Positions 12,842-25,328 are shown, counted from the whole stretch's first letter. The stretch is 63,687 nucleotides of DNA, filler included, from Octopus bimaculoides (GCF_001194135.2; 7 parts of 5 records of this genome joined end to end with filler, not necessarily neighbours in it); one strand, 5' to 3'. The notes: generated from the letters alone by a model not told the origin. Program-made: numbers and translations.

Positions 12842-13556
12842 GGATTAAAAAATAATAATGTTTCTATTTATAAGATCGGTGTGNNNNNNNNNNNNNNNNN
12901 NNNNNNNNNNNNNNNNNNNNNNNNNNNNNNNNNNNNNNNNNNNNNNNNNNNNNNNNNNNNNNNNNNNNNNNNNNNNNNNNNNNNNNNNNNNNNNNNNNNN
13001 NNNNNNNNNNNNNNNNNNNNNNNNNNNNNNNNNNNNNNNNNNNNNNNNNNNNNNNNNNNNNNNNNNNNNNNNNNNNNNNNNNNNNNNNNNNNNNNNNNNN
13101 NNNNNNNNNNNNNNNNNNNNNNNNNNNNNNNNNNNNNNNNNNNNNNNNNNNNNNNNNNNNNNNNNNNNNNNNNNNNNNNNNNNNNNNNNNNNNNNNNNNN
13201 NNNNNNNNNNNNNNNNNNNNNNNNNNNNNNNNNNNNNNNNNNNNNNNNNNNNNNNNNNNNNNNNNNNNNNNNNNNNNNNNNNNNNNNNNNNNNNNNNNNN
13301 NNNNNNNNNNNNNNNNNNNNNNNNNNNNNNNNNNNNNNNNNNNNNNNNNNNNNNNNNNNNNNNNNNNNNNNNNNNNNNNNNNNNNNNNNNNNNNNNNNNN
13401 NNNNNNNNNNNNNNNNNNNNNNNNNNNNNNNNNNNNNNNNNNNNNNNNNNNNNNNNNNNNNNNNNNNNNNNNNNNNNNNNNNNNNNNNNNNNNNNNNNNN
13501 NNNNNNNNNNNNNNTATATATATATATACATATGCATACATACGCACACACTCACA

Positions 13557-13599
<43 letters not shown>

Positions 13600-14699
13600 G
13601 AGTGAGTACACAAACGAGAGAAGGGCACTCAATACATTTATAGGAAGTTACACGCTTAGATCAAACCAGTTTGATTCAGAATTCTTGGTACTCTGAGTTT
13701 TATGCGTGTGGCGAATCTGCGGCCATTGGCATCTGAATATCTCTATGTATGTATGTATGTATGTATGTATGTATGTATGTATGTATGTATGTATGTATGT
13801 GTGTATGTATGTATCTATCTATCTATAGAATATATACACATACATATAAACATACATGCACAGAAACATATATACATACATACATACACACATACATACA
13901 TAAATACATAAATACACACACACACGCTCGCACATTTATATATATATATTCTGCCGAATATGTAAAAATAAGAATGGTGCGTTGCGTTATATTAAATAGA
14001 AAGTTCCAAAATTTAAACACAATCACAAGGAAGGAATGAGCGGAAAATTCACAAACGCTGCTTATTCTTTGTGAATTATCGTTCAAAACATCTTTAAACT
14101 TTCACTCTTTTAACGATGATATTGTTCATCTTCTTCGCGTCAACAATGAGCTGCCGGGAATGGCGGGCGAACGTTGGGGACAGTGACAGAAGCAAACAAG
14201 GCATAAATATGAGTATACAAACAAAATGAAATAAATATACAATATAGAAATAAAATAAAGCCGTGCTTCTCTAAGGCGAGACGGATAGGTTGGTAATGCA
14301 AAGGAAAGGAAAATGTATTATAGAACTGGAAACAAATAAGGGAACAGATGTAAAAAAAACAAAACGAAAGATGAAAAAAAACCCCAAAAAAACGAACGTT
14401 GAAAAAAAAAACATAATATTGAAAGTAGAGAAGGAAGCGAAAGAAACATGACTGATCGAGTCAGCGGTTAGGCGAAAATGGAAGAGATTTGAATGGTGAC
14501 GGAATACCATGGTAGTGGTAGGAGAAAGAAAAGGTGGTGGATGGCAGAGAGACAGAGAGCAACAGAGTGATAGGTTAGTGAGAGGGGGGAAGGAGAGAAA
14601 GAGGAACGCAAAATTGAAAGGAAAAGAGACGGAAATAAAGGTTGCTTCCCCCAAAATTTACATACACCTGTTTAATATGTCCATACTTTTGATATTTCA

Positions 14700-14890
14700 T
14701 CTTTTACTTATTTCAGTCGTCAAACTGTGGCCATGCTGGGGCACAGCTGTGAAGAATTTATAGACGAATGAATCTACCTCAGTACTTATATAAAGCTTGG
14801 TATTTATTCTATCCGTCACTTTTGCCAAACTGCTAAGCTACGGGAACGTAAACACGCCAACACCAACACAGACTCAAAGATACACACACA
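14700..14890 (-). mobile_element. SINE family A 3' half
   Basis: tttcagtcgtcaaactgtggccatgctggggcac...ctgctaagctacgggaacgtaaacac. Confidence 0.8.
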
Positions 14891-14977
14891 GCGATACTAA
14901 TAACTTGGTGTTAAATCGCAATGTACGTCTGCTTCAGAGAAAATCATTAGACGAGTATATTTCCTAATAACCAAATC

Positions 14978-15328
14978 TATAAATGACAAAGGAAAATAAA
15001 CTTCATTAGTTTACAGTAGTTTCTGCAATACAATGTGACGCACTCATTGCTGAGTGCATGTATCTCACCTTATAGCTTCGTCGGAGCTTCAAAAATGAAG
15101 TACAAAAATATTTGGTAAAGCATTTATAAATATGCAACGCATCCCGTAAATGAAGAATCCCTTCAAACTCGATTCTACATTTTGGTGAAGTTATCTTTAC
15201 TTTGAAGCTCCGAAGCAGCTAAGGTGATATTCAAGCATTCAACTATGAGATCATTGCATCTTATTGCAGAAACAACTGTGAGCTAATGAAGTTAATTACA
15301 TAATTTCTTGTTCCTTTGTCATCTATAT
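14978..15328. mobile_element. Foldback/MITE with ~110-bp imperfect arms
   Basis: tataaatgacaaaggaa...cttcattagtttacagtagtttctgcaata...cggagcttcaaa mirrors 15200-15328. Confidence 0.75.
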
Positions 15329-15889
15329 AATCTCTTATACACACATGCACACACGCACACACATATTAACATATTTGTGTCATGAAAAGCTGGAAAGGTA
15401 GAAAGAATGAGAGAGGGAGAGAGTCGAATGATAGTGGCGGTGGTGGTGGCGGGGAGAAAGACAGAAAGAGATAAAACAGATGCTGCTATTGGTCACATAG
15501 TGCAGACAGTACACCGTCTTATTTGATTAAATGAAACTATGAGACAACATATCACGTAACAAAAACAGCTAAACGAAGATAACACAATACGTCTGTCGCT
15601 TTTATTTTAAATGTCATAACCATAATTTCAAATTAATATTAGTATATTACCGAAATCTAAGAGAAAATATTGAAAAAAAATATCATTGGTTCTTTGTAGT
15701 GACCCAATGAGCTTACTACGAAGAAAATATGAAATAATTTGATTGGCATATGTAAAATAACTGCTTCTTCTCATACGAACAGTGGCCAGTTACTTAATTC
15801 TGTTCCATTTAATTCTTGACATTTCAATATTCCAGATTCTGTCATTTGGTTTTTCTGCTCCATATAACTACATGACTGTTTCTGTCCTT

Positions 15890-16135
15890 GCCTTGTCTAT
15901 TTTCTCTCTCTCGTTTTCTCTCTCCCTCTCTTCTCCCTCCCTCTCTTCTCCCTTCCCCCTCTCCCCTCTCATTCCTACTTATATTCTGTTGTTTGTAGAT
16001 CGAACGAAAACGAGAATTTCCAGGTAGTCTCAGTCTTCAACAAACTCGCGCGCGCACGCCCCCCCATAAATATACATATACGTATGTGTATTTATGTGTT
16101 TAAGTAGCTATTACAATTTGTGTGCTGCAGATAGC
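15890..16135 (+). repeat. Unclassified dispersed repeat, copy 1
   Basis: Homologous to the reverse complement of 27280-27510 (ctcattcctactt.tattctgttgtttgtaga.cgaacgaaaacgagaa). Confidence 0.8.
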
Positions 16136-16214
16136 AAGCTCTCTGCACATATAAAACTTCAAGAGCTCCAACTAAACCTGTGTTAAAGAGAAATAATTAT
16201 AATAATCCTTTCTA

Positions 16215-16420
16215 TTAAAAGTACAAAGCCTGAAATTGTGCGGAAGGGGGTTAGTTGATTACATCTACCCCAAGGCATAAGTGGTGCTTATTTCATCGAT
16301 CCCGGAAGGATGACATGTAAAGTCGTCCTCGGTGGAATTTGAACTAAGAACGTAAGGACAGAGGAAATGACGCGAATAACTTTGCCCGGTGTGCTAAAGA
16401 TTCTGCCAGCTCGCTGCCAC
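16215..16420 (-). mobile_element. SINE family B copy
   Basis: Head ggcagcgagctggcagaatctttagcac (A box), B box tagttcaaattcc. Confidence 0.85.
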
Positions 16421-16444
16421 GATATTATTATTGTTATTATTATT

Positions 16445-16487
<43 letters not shown>

Positions 16488-16488
16488 G

Positions 16489-17010
16489 AATGATAACAGA
16501 AAAAAGATGGTATAGGCACACGCCTGAAAAGGTCACAAAAAATGGGCACACGCCTGAAAAGGTCACATACTATGGGATATGCCAATACACACAGATGGAG
16601 AAATTATGGCCAATACGCCAGATATAGTTGTCAGAGATCATCAAGAAAACGATGCTTTCTAATCGATGTATCAATACCAAAAGATGACAACGTTTCTCTA
16701 AAAGAAATGGAGAAAGTTCCAAAATACAAAGACCTGGAAATAGAGCTAACTGAAATGTGGAGTCTAAAAACAGAAACAATTCCTATCATAGTAGGTGCCT
16801 TAGGTATGATAAAAAAATATTCAAACAAATAAATGACAAAAACACCAGGACTAACAAATATATGTAAAATATAGAAAATAGCACTACTAGGCACCGCACA
16901 CATCCAACGTAAACACTTCCAATACACAACAAACCACAGCACATACCCAAGGCACACAGAGCTGCACTCTGTATTGCAGTGAAAGCTCGTGATAAAAGTA
17001 AGACAACTGA
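16489..17010 (+). mobile_element. R4/Dong-like LINE 3' end (RLE + 3'UTR)
   Basis: CFLIDVSIPKDDNVSLKEMEKVPKYKDLEIELTEMWSLKTETIPIIVGALGMIKK; preceded by (AAT)n. Confidence 0.92.
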
Positions 17011-17520
17011 ATGCAAAAGAAATAGACAAAGCAAAACCCAACAATAGCTGAGAAGCTCAGGACCCAAAGCAGAGACTGAACGATTTTTGATTGCAGCACA
17101 AGACCAAAGCCTCCCCACCAGAAATTACCAAAAAAATATGATGAAAAGAGATATGACAAGTAACTGCAGAATATGTGGAGATGGACAAGAAACAATAAAC
17201 CATATTGTATCTGGCTGCCCTGTCCTGGCTAAGAAGTAATATATTCACAGACACGACAGAATTGGGATCTATATATACTGGAAGCTATGCCAAACAGAAA
17301 AAAGATATATAGGCACACGCCTGAAAAAGTCACAGAAAATGAGAAAGCAACCATATTATGGGATATGCCAATACGCACAGATGAAGAAATTAAGGCCAAT
17401 AGGCCGGATATAGTTGTCAGAGATCAAGAAAAAAAAATGCTTTCTAATCGATGTATCAATGCCAACAGATGACAACGCTTCTCTAAAAGAAATGGAGTAA
17501 CTATCAAAATACAAAGACCT
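17011..17520 (+). mobile_element. R4/Dong-like LINE fragment (CCHC + RLE start), head-to-tail with the previous one
   Basis: FLIAAQDQSLPTRNYQK...CRICGDGQETINHIVSGCPVLAK...RHDRIG...ILWDMPIRTDEEIKANRPDIVV. Confidence 0.92.
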
Positions 17521-18021
17521 CCCTAGGTACGTGTTTGTGTATGTGTGTGCATGTATGTGTATGTTTGTATGTATATGATTGTGCGTGTTGCCGTTTTGAA
17601 TTCCTTTCTGCGACTGACCGTAAACCGCTATTAAAGGCCCAACACACACACACACACATACACACATACACACATACAAACACAGTCGCACACATTTGCT
17701 TTAATCTGTTTCAACTGCAGCCATATACAAAAAAAGTGGGATTTTTTTTGCTCCAAAATTAAAATTTTATATTTGTTTTAATTATAAAATTACACTTCAG
17801 TTAAAAAACATCTTTTGGATTCGGAATACAACGTTGTCTTTTTCTTTTTATATTTTTTAAGTTAGAATTTTTGGCTCATTTTTTGATGTGTCATCATTAC
17901 ACATCCATATTACACCTTTAAGATAGGGGAACCAGTTAGGGGCCCGCTGCATCTCTCTCGGCATATCAGCAAACCACAAAATCGCACCAGCCAGCATCAC
18001 CACTACCTCTAAGCCCGTCAT

Positions 18022-18092
<71 letters not shown>

Positions 18093-18119
18093 CGTATGTA
18101 TCTATGTATGTATGCATGT

Positions 18120-18355
18120 ATGTGTGTGTGTGTGTGTGTGTCTGTGTTTGTGTTTGTCCCACCATCATCATTGCTTGATAACCGATGTTGGTGTATTTGC
18201 GTCCCTCTAAGTTAGGTGTTCAGCAGTAGAGACTGATAGAATAAGCACCAGGCTTACAGGGTATAATTCCAAGGGCCAATTTGTTTGACTAAAGGGTGGT
18301 GCTCCAGCATGGTCACCGTCAAATGACTGAAACAAATAAAAGAATAAAAGAATAC
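18120..18355 (+). mobile_element. SINE family A 3' half
   Basis: gtttgtcccaccatcatcattgcttgataaccgatg...ccagcatggtcaccgtcaaatgactgaaacaaataaaaga. Confidence 0.85.
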
Positions 18356-18524
18356 CAGAAAAACCTTCTGTACCACCAAACCGAGAAGGTTCTTTGAATA
18401 TGTTCGATGTATTTTAAGGCTAAATTGTAATTCCGTTTACTTTTGTATAACTGAGATATTTTGGTTGGATTATATAGTCATTGGAGTTACATTACTTTCT
18501 ATATTCTGTAACTGTCACAATATA

Positions 18525-18665
18525 CTTTTCTAGGCCTTAAATTTTTGTGGGAAGGAGGCTAGATGATTAGATCGACCCCAGTACACAACTGGTACTTAAT
18601 TTATCGACTCCGAAAGGATGAAAGTCAACCTCGACAGAATTTGAACTCAGAACGTAAAGACAGAC
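18525..18665 (-). mobile_element. SINE family B 3' part
   Basis: gattagatcgaccccagtacacaactggtacttaatttatcgactccgaaaggatgaaag...aatttgaactcagaacg. Confidence 0.8.
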
Positions 18666-18766
18666 AGTGATAATATACAAATATTTCTCATGGCACCAGT
18701 ACACTGTTTACAGATGCTTAAATTTTTTGTTTTCCGTGAATTTTTCACGGGTCCAGCTGGTTATTA

Positions 18767-18827
<61 letters not shown>

Positions 18828-18828
<1 letters not shown>

Positions 18829-19103
18829 GCCTTTGCACAGCTTCTAATGCTGGAGATGTACTATGGTGTCAGCTGTTCACTACCAGTGAACTAAGGTAAC
18901 ATCTCTTATTTTTCGAGCACCTTCCGGAGTATTCGAGTGGTTCCAAGCAGTGCTGTTTTCTGCAAGTGCTGCACCCTTATTGAAGGCCCTATTTGTTCCA
19001 TGTACTTCTCAAGATTTTTACTCACTGTCCCAAGGTCTCCGACAATTATTGGTACTACTGCTACCTTTTTCAGCAACCACAACTGCTTAACCTCCCAAGC
19101 AAT
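18828..19103 (-). mobile_element. R4/Dong-like LINE 3' end (second subfamily) with (AAT)n tail
   Basis: EVKQLWLLKKVAVVPIIVGDLGTVSKNLEKYMEQIG...LQKTALLGTTRILRKVLEK*; UTR runs into (TAT)n at 18767-18828. Confidence 0.85.
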
Positions 19104-19422
19104 ATTTGCTGTGCCTAAGTATCTATGTATGAACTTTTCTTTGGATTTATGTATCTACTGTCTCTCTCAGTCTCTCTATTTGTCTTTCACTTCTTTGTGT
19201 CCCTCTTTTCTCCTGCTTTTGATTTAACAATGTGTATATGTATCTATGTATCTACTTCTCTTGTGATGAACGCCGTCACCACTCACTGTCACTTTTACTC
19301 ACTCTCTCTCTCTCACCATTTCTCTCTCTCTCACTCTCTTTCTTTCTCTCTTACGTTCTCTTTGAAACATTTAAAAAGACAAAACGAACGCTATCACCAC
19401 TCCCTGTCTCTTTCACTCTGTC

Positions 19423-19467
<45 letters not shown>

Positions 19468-19799
19468 CTTACTTCCTCTCTGAAACATTTAAAAACACAA
19501 AACGAACGCTGTCACCACTCATTAATTCTTTCACTCCCTCTTTCTCTCTTACTCTCTCACTTTCTCTCTCACTCTCTCACTTTCTCTCGCACTCTCTCAC
19601 TTTCTCTCTCACTCTCTCATTTTCTCTATCTCCTCTCTCTATCTCTCTCTCACTCTCACTGTCTCTCTCTCTCTCTCTTACTTCCTGTCTGTCCTCATCC
19701 CTCTCGCTTTGCCACTTCTTTGAAGTAAATGTGACTCACGCGACAGATACGTACAGAAACAATGAGTTAGCGTATTAATGTTATTGATAATCTGTTCTA

Positions 19800-19978
19800 C
19801 TCTAGGCACAAGGCCCGAAATTTATGATGACCAGTACGCACCTGGTACTTAATTTATCGATTCCGAAAGGATGAAAGGCAAAGCTGACCGCGGTGGAATT
19901 TGAACTCAGAACGTGGTAGTAGATGAAATACTGTTAAGAATTTCGCCCGGTGTGCTAACGATCAGCCAGCGCACCGCT
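19800..19978 (-). mobile_element. SINE family B copy
   Basis: ggcacaaggcccgaaattt...ggaatttgaactcagaacg...tttcgcccggtgtgctaacg. Confidence 0.85.
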
Positions 19979-19991
19979 TCAATAATAATAA

Positions 19992-20485
19992 TGCCAGAAA
20001 AGGTTACGGAAAACGAGAAAGCAACCATACTCTGGGATATGCCAATACACACAGATACAGAAATTAAGGCCATTAGGCCATATATAGTTGCCAGAAATCA
20101 TGAAGAAAAAAATGCTTTCTAATTGATGTATCAATACCAGCAGATGACAACCTTTCCCTAAAAGAAATGGAGAAACTTTCAAAATACAAAGACCTGGAAA
20201 TAGAGGTAACTCGAATGTGGAATCTAAAAACAGTAACAATTCCTATCATAGTAGGTGCCTTATGTATGATAAAAAAATATTCAGACAAATACATAACAAA
20301 AACACCAGGGCTTACAAATATATATAACATACAGAAAATAGAACCACTGAGCACTGCACACATCCTACGCAAAACACTTTCAATACAGTAACCATAAGAG
20401 CATCCCAGCAAACCACAGCACATACCCAAGGCACACAGAGCTGCGCTCGGTAGTGAAGTGAAAGCGGGCTATAAAAATAAAACTA

Positions 20486-20492
<7 letters not shown>
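19992..20492 (+). mobile_element. R4/Dong-like LINE 3' end flanked by (AAT)n
   Basis: MEKLSKYKDLEIEVTRMWNLKTVTIPIIVGALCMIKKYSDKYITKTPG...TAHILRKTLSIQ*; (AAT)n at 19980-19991 and 20490-20625. Confidence 0.95.
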
Positions 20493-20559
<67 letters not shown>

Positions 20560-20560
20560 T

Positions 20561-20616
<56 letters not shown>

Positions 20617-21039
20617 TAGCAATGATAATAATAATGTCTAGATTGATATTCACCTCCCATCTCTCTATTCTGATTTGTTTTCGGATTTTTCTTCTATACT
20701 TTTTATATATTTGAACATTTACGAAGTTGTATTTTGTCTTCACTTTTTCATCCATTAAACATTATGAACGAAGAATGTATTACAAGTCTGAGCTTAAATG
20801 TTACCAGTAAAGTACATTACATCTTTTCTTTCGCAACTCTGACCGTTTGGTAGAAAGATGTACAATGCGAGACAAGCAGCAGCTATATATTCACATACAC
20901 ACCTGCATATTCATACATATTATCCTCTATGTATGTGGGTATAGAAATACTGTATAATTTATGCATATATATATAAGTATATCTGTATATAGTTGTGTAT
21001 GCAAATATATATATATATATATATATATANNNNNNNNNN

Positions 21040-21093
<54 letters not shown>

Positions 21094-21208
21094 AATATTT
21101 ATTGCAACCAGGCAGATCTTCCGCCAGCCGGTTACCTGTGCAACCTGCACCATGTATATATTGCAAACAAGGGAGCGAACCTCTACCTTCCTACAGCAGG
21201 TGACCGGA

Positions 21209-21256
21209 TGATAAGGCCGACAGTTTCGGGCTACTTGTGCCCATCTTCAGTCGTGA
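21209..21256 (-). ncRNA. Type I hammerhead ribozyme motif, damaged at the cleavage triplet/stem I
   Basis: Minus: TCACGA CTGAAGA T GGGC acaagta GCCC GAAA CTG t CGG cc. Confidence 0.6.
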
Positions 21257-21516
21257 ACAGCTGACTGCTAGAAATAGCAGGGATTCGCTGCAGTTCACTA
21301 TATATATAAGAAAATAAGCGACCATCGGTCACTAATTTTGAAACAACATGACCGCTCGATGTTACTACCGTTTTAACCCCAGGAAGATCCTCCGCCAGCA
21401 ACTTACTGCTGCAACCAGCACACAGGATATGCTGCACAATCAGTGACCAATGGACGCTTATTTTTCTATAGATAAGGAATTAAAGCGAATGCCTGTTATT
21501 TATAGCAGTCGGGTGT

Positions 21517-21565
21517 TCACGACTGAAGATGGGCACAAGTAACCCAAAACCGTTCGGTCTCGTGA
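21517..21565 (+). ncRNA. Type I hammerhead ribozyme motif with G12A change
   Basis: TCACGA CTGAAGA T GGG cacaagtaa CCC AAAA CCG tt CGG TC TCGTGA: perfect 6-bp stem I, 4-bp stem III, UC site. Confidence 0.75.
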
Positions 21566-21834
21566 TCCCATCGTCTGCTGGAGGATGTTAGGGTTTCGGT
21601 CCCCCGCTTGCAATATACATATTGGGTTCAGGTTGCACCGGTAACAAGAATACGCCTGGAGTTAAAAGAGTAGTAATGTCGCAGAGCCATATTGATTGTG
21701 GCGATAAATATTACTTCTTAGTATTGTTACTACTTTCATCTCTTACTGAGATTTTCCTAACTGGTTACTTTCTTGTTAAAGATATATATATATCGTTCGC
21801 CATGATAGATCGCTAGCCACTACACATTCTTTAT

Positions 21835-21990
21835 TTTCTCTCCTTGTTTCTTTCTGTGTTCCTCTCTGTCGAAGAGCGTAGGCTTGAAACGTTAACGACT
21901 TTTTCACTTCCCGAACGTTATACTAACACATCTGTTTGTTTTCTACACCACCTGTCTTCGTTTCTTGTTTTTTTTTGTGAATTCTCTGGG
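21835..21990 (+). mobile_element. PLE pseudo-LTR-like repeat with hammerhead-like motif (CUGUNGA core)
   Basis: CTGTCGA A GAGC gtag GCTT GAAA CG TT at 21866-21893; homologous to the reverse complement of 58410-58565. Confidence 0.6.
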
Positions 21991-22375
21991 TACATGGGGA
22001 TTAACACATACTTTAAGAAATTATAATTTCTTATATCCAATTGTTTACGTTACGATTTTATTTACTGCATGTACCCACATGGGGATTAACATTTACTTTA
22101 AGAAATTATTGTTTCTTATATTTAATGGTTTATATCATGATTTTATTTTCTCNNNNNNNNNNNNNNNNNNNNNNNNNNNNNNNNNNATATATATATATAT
22201 ATATATATAGATAGATAGGAAAATGTGTTCTTGACAATACACCTAAATTTCAAAAACTCGTAAATGTCTAAAATACATTTTACTTACATATATACCAAAC
22301 TAGTTTCAACAATATTTTTTGTTTATCAATTATAAAAGTTTAAAACTATGAATTAGAAAAAAACATCTTTAAAAG

Positions 22376-22476
22376 TTTCAATGTTAGCAAATTAAAACAT
22401 TTCAATGTTGACAAACTAAAATGTTTCAATGTTGACAAATTAAAATGTTTCAATGTTGATAAATTAACATGTTCAA
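22376..22476. repeat. 24-bp minisatellite, ~4 copies
   Basis: tttcaatgttgacaaa(c/t)taaaatg repeated. Confidence 0.85.
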
Positions 22477-22989
22477 AACAGAAAATTTAGCATAGCGAAT
22501 TAAGAAGACAGGTGTAAGTTTGAATGTTAATAGCAGCCAATAATATTAAAACTGTATATCAATTTGTTTGAATATACAAGTCATACTTAAAAAAACAAGA
22601 GTGAAATGAAAATAGTAAAAAACAGAATTTGGTTTACAGTTTCTCTGATCCTTTTCTAGTAGACGCTTTCGTTTGTAGTGGTATGTTATAGGATCAGATG
22701 TATTTATAATTTTTTCCGCGAGCGGATCTAATTTTTGATTCGTTAAAATACTGGTGACGTTTTTTTTTTCCGTGGTCAAGCTTGTCGTTCTGCTTGGTTA
22801 GCTTCCCTGTGGAGACGGTCATAAGCCGTTCTGGTTGCTTGGTTTTCTTAAAGGGTAAATTTCATTGTATTTGCCGGAGTTCAGTTTTGATTGGTCTGGA
22901 GTTAGGTGACGTCAGCAACTGGTGTTTGTTATATCGATGATTGTCTCGGCACGACCTCACTCTTCCGCGAACAACAAAATTTATTCCTC

Positions 22990-24410
22990 TCTTTTGCCTA
23001 ATCCTTCCATCCTGCTCTCGAATTCTCCTGCACTATCTCTCTTTCGTCGAATTTCTCGACCTTTCTGTCAGCCTTTTCCACTCTGCTGTCTACCTCCATC
23101 AATCACAAGCACACTGACTCGCACTTCTACCTTAAGTTCTCCTCTTTACACCCTACCCACACCAAGCTTTCCATCCCTTAGTCCCAATTCCTCCGCCTGC
23201 GCAGGCTCTGCAGTGACAACCATGACTTTGCGACACAATTTCAACTCATGCCTCGCCACTTCATCCTACGTGGATATCCCTCACCATTATCCACACTGCC
23301 CTTTACAGGGCACGATCTGTGGACCGTGCGTGTGCTCTTTCTCCTCGCACCCTCTCCACCGTTGCCCGTCTCCCGTTTCCCCTCACCTACTATTCCTCCA
23401 CCGTGCCTCTCCAATGCACTATTCTCCAAACCTTCCCGCAACTCCAGTCCGACCTGTCTACCTCGCACATCTTCCCCAACCTATTCCTTCCCTCCAAATG
23501 AGCCCATAACCTGCGTAACCTCCTGGTCCAGAAATTCTTTCCTAACCTTACCTCCCAATTTGGTTCGTTCTCTTGCTCCCGCCCACACATTTCCAACACC
23601 ACCATCCTCACAGGCACACATCATCGTCCCTATCACATCACCGACTCCTTTACCTGCACTTCTAATAACGTCATTTACTGCATCTCATTTTATCTCTGTC
23701 CTTCCCTGTACATTGGTCAAACGGGTCGCCGCTTGACTGACCGGTTTGCGGAGCACCTCCGACACATCAGACTAGCAATGACACCCCGGTCTCGTGCTAT
23801 TTCTAATCTACCGGTCATTCGCTATAACATCTATCCGTGTTCGGACTGTCGTTGCACAGTGGCCATCGGACTCCCGCCTTCACCGTGAACAGAAATTAGT
23901 GTTCTCTCTTCGCTCCTTTGCCCCACATGGACTCAATTCACCTCCTCTCTTCATCTGACACCAATCTGACCTCTTCTCTTAATTTAATACCAACCCCACA
24001 CCACTCCACACTCTAGCACTTACCACTTCTCAGCTCCCATATCGCACACCATCATCCACACACCTACACACAATATTCAATAGTTTCACTACTCATACAT
24101 TATATATGAGCAGCCACACATACCGTTTAACTCAGAGCACAAACCACACACCATCATGCACACTCCCACACCAACACAAGCACATAACACTCAAACACAG
24201 ACAATATATACTCCCACACCTACACAAGCACAAAATACCTGAACACAGAAATATATACATACACACGCAACACACATTAACACACGCAACATTCATAGAC
24301 GAAGATAACTTTACACCATACACATGAACATTGCTTGGTCACAAACACACACACACATGTGCACACACCACGTGAAAAAGCACGCATCAACTGCTACAAA
24401 GACACACACG

Positions 24411-24456
<46 letters not shown>

Positions 24457-24615
24457 ATGTTAGACTCCCTTCGCCTCTATTCATACACACACACTTACAC
24501 ACTGACACGCACCATTCTCACATACACACACAAGCACCCGCAAATTATCTTATTGGGATTACCAGCACTTTATTAACTTCCTTTCATTCAACCTCTTTTC
24601 TTATTATCTCCCTTT
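22990..24615 (+). mobile_element. Decayed Penelope-clade PLE 3' half (thumb, GIY-YIG, AC-rich 3'UTR)
   Basis: EFLDLSVS, HTDSHFYLKFSSLHP, SQFLRLRRLCSD, HFILRGYP, SFTCTSNNVIYCIS, SLYIGQTGRRLTDRFAEHLR, RLHREQKLVFSLRSFAPHGLN; UTR ends ctttCTGACGAA. Confidence 0.88.
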
Positions 24616-24762
24616 CTGACGAAATTTTGTCACTGAACAGGTCGCGGTTTCAAAGCGACGAAAATATTTTGACAAATTAAATTTAAATGTCGAAGTGAAT
24701 CTAACGGTTTTTGTGTTTTCAAATGGCTTATAAACACCTTCCACGCTGCAATTATATATATA

Positions 24763-24796
<34 letters not shown>

Positions 24797-24831
24797 GGGA
24801 GAGAGAGAAAGAGAGAGAGAGAGATAGAGAT

Positions 24832-25155
24832 CTACGGGGCTTAACGGTTGGGCTATTCGATTCACGATCGTAATGGTGAGTTCGATTCCTGCCAGCATGT
24901 GTCCTTCAGTATGACATTTCTTTCATGCTGCTCCCGACAACTCAGGTGGCAAAACTTAGATGTACCTGTAATTCAAAGGAGCAACCTAGTCGCATTCTTT
25001 GGTTCATGCTGAATCTCCCTGATGACTAAATTAAGGGTACGGGTGTCCGTGTCCGCGGGGTGCTCAGCCATTTACGCCTTGATCTCATGAACAGGGTGCT
25101 GTCTTGAGACTGAATCAACTAGAACATTCGTCGATGTAGCCGACAGAGAGCCAGG
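24832..25155 (+). mobile_element. SINE family D copy, diverged
   Basis: gtgagttcgattcc B box; tail cctgtaattcaaagg...ttaagggtac...gtgctcagcca homologous to the reverse complement of 57055-57375. Confidence 0.7.
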
Positions 25156-25328
25156 CCATAAATAAATAAATAAAAACAAATACAGACACTCCCCATACAC
25201 ACATGCACTTACAAAAGACACAGACACATTGAAGGACACGCATGCGTAGACACATACAATAGGAATACAAAATACAAAATGGCTGATAGTTAGCAAGGTG
25301 AGACACACATAAGAAAGAAGGAAACAAA

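Larger units (their letters stand above)
21088..21718. mobile_element. Foldback element built from a ~270-bp hammerhead-bearing monomer
   Basis: Terminal agaagtaatatttat inverted repeat; arms 21131-21333 and 21441-21653 are diverged reverse complements; central partial direct copy. Confidence 0.85.

Noticed and set aside
12845-13696. Long ORFs spanning N-gaps (also at 25.4, 32.3, 38.6 and 55.0 kb)
   Set aside because: Length comes from X runs; no coding evidence
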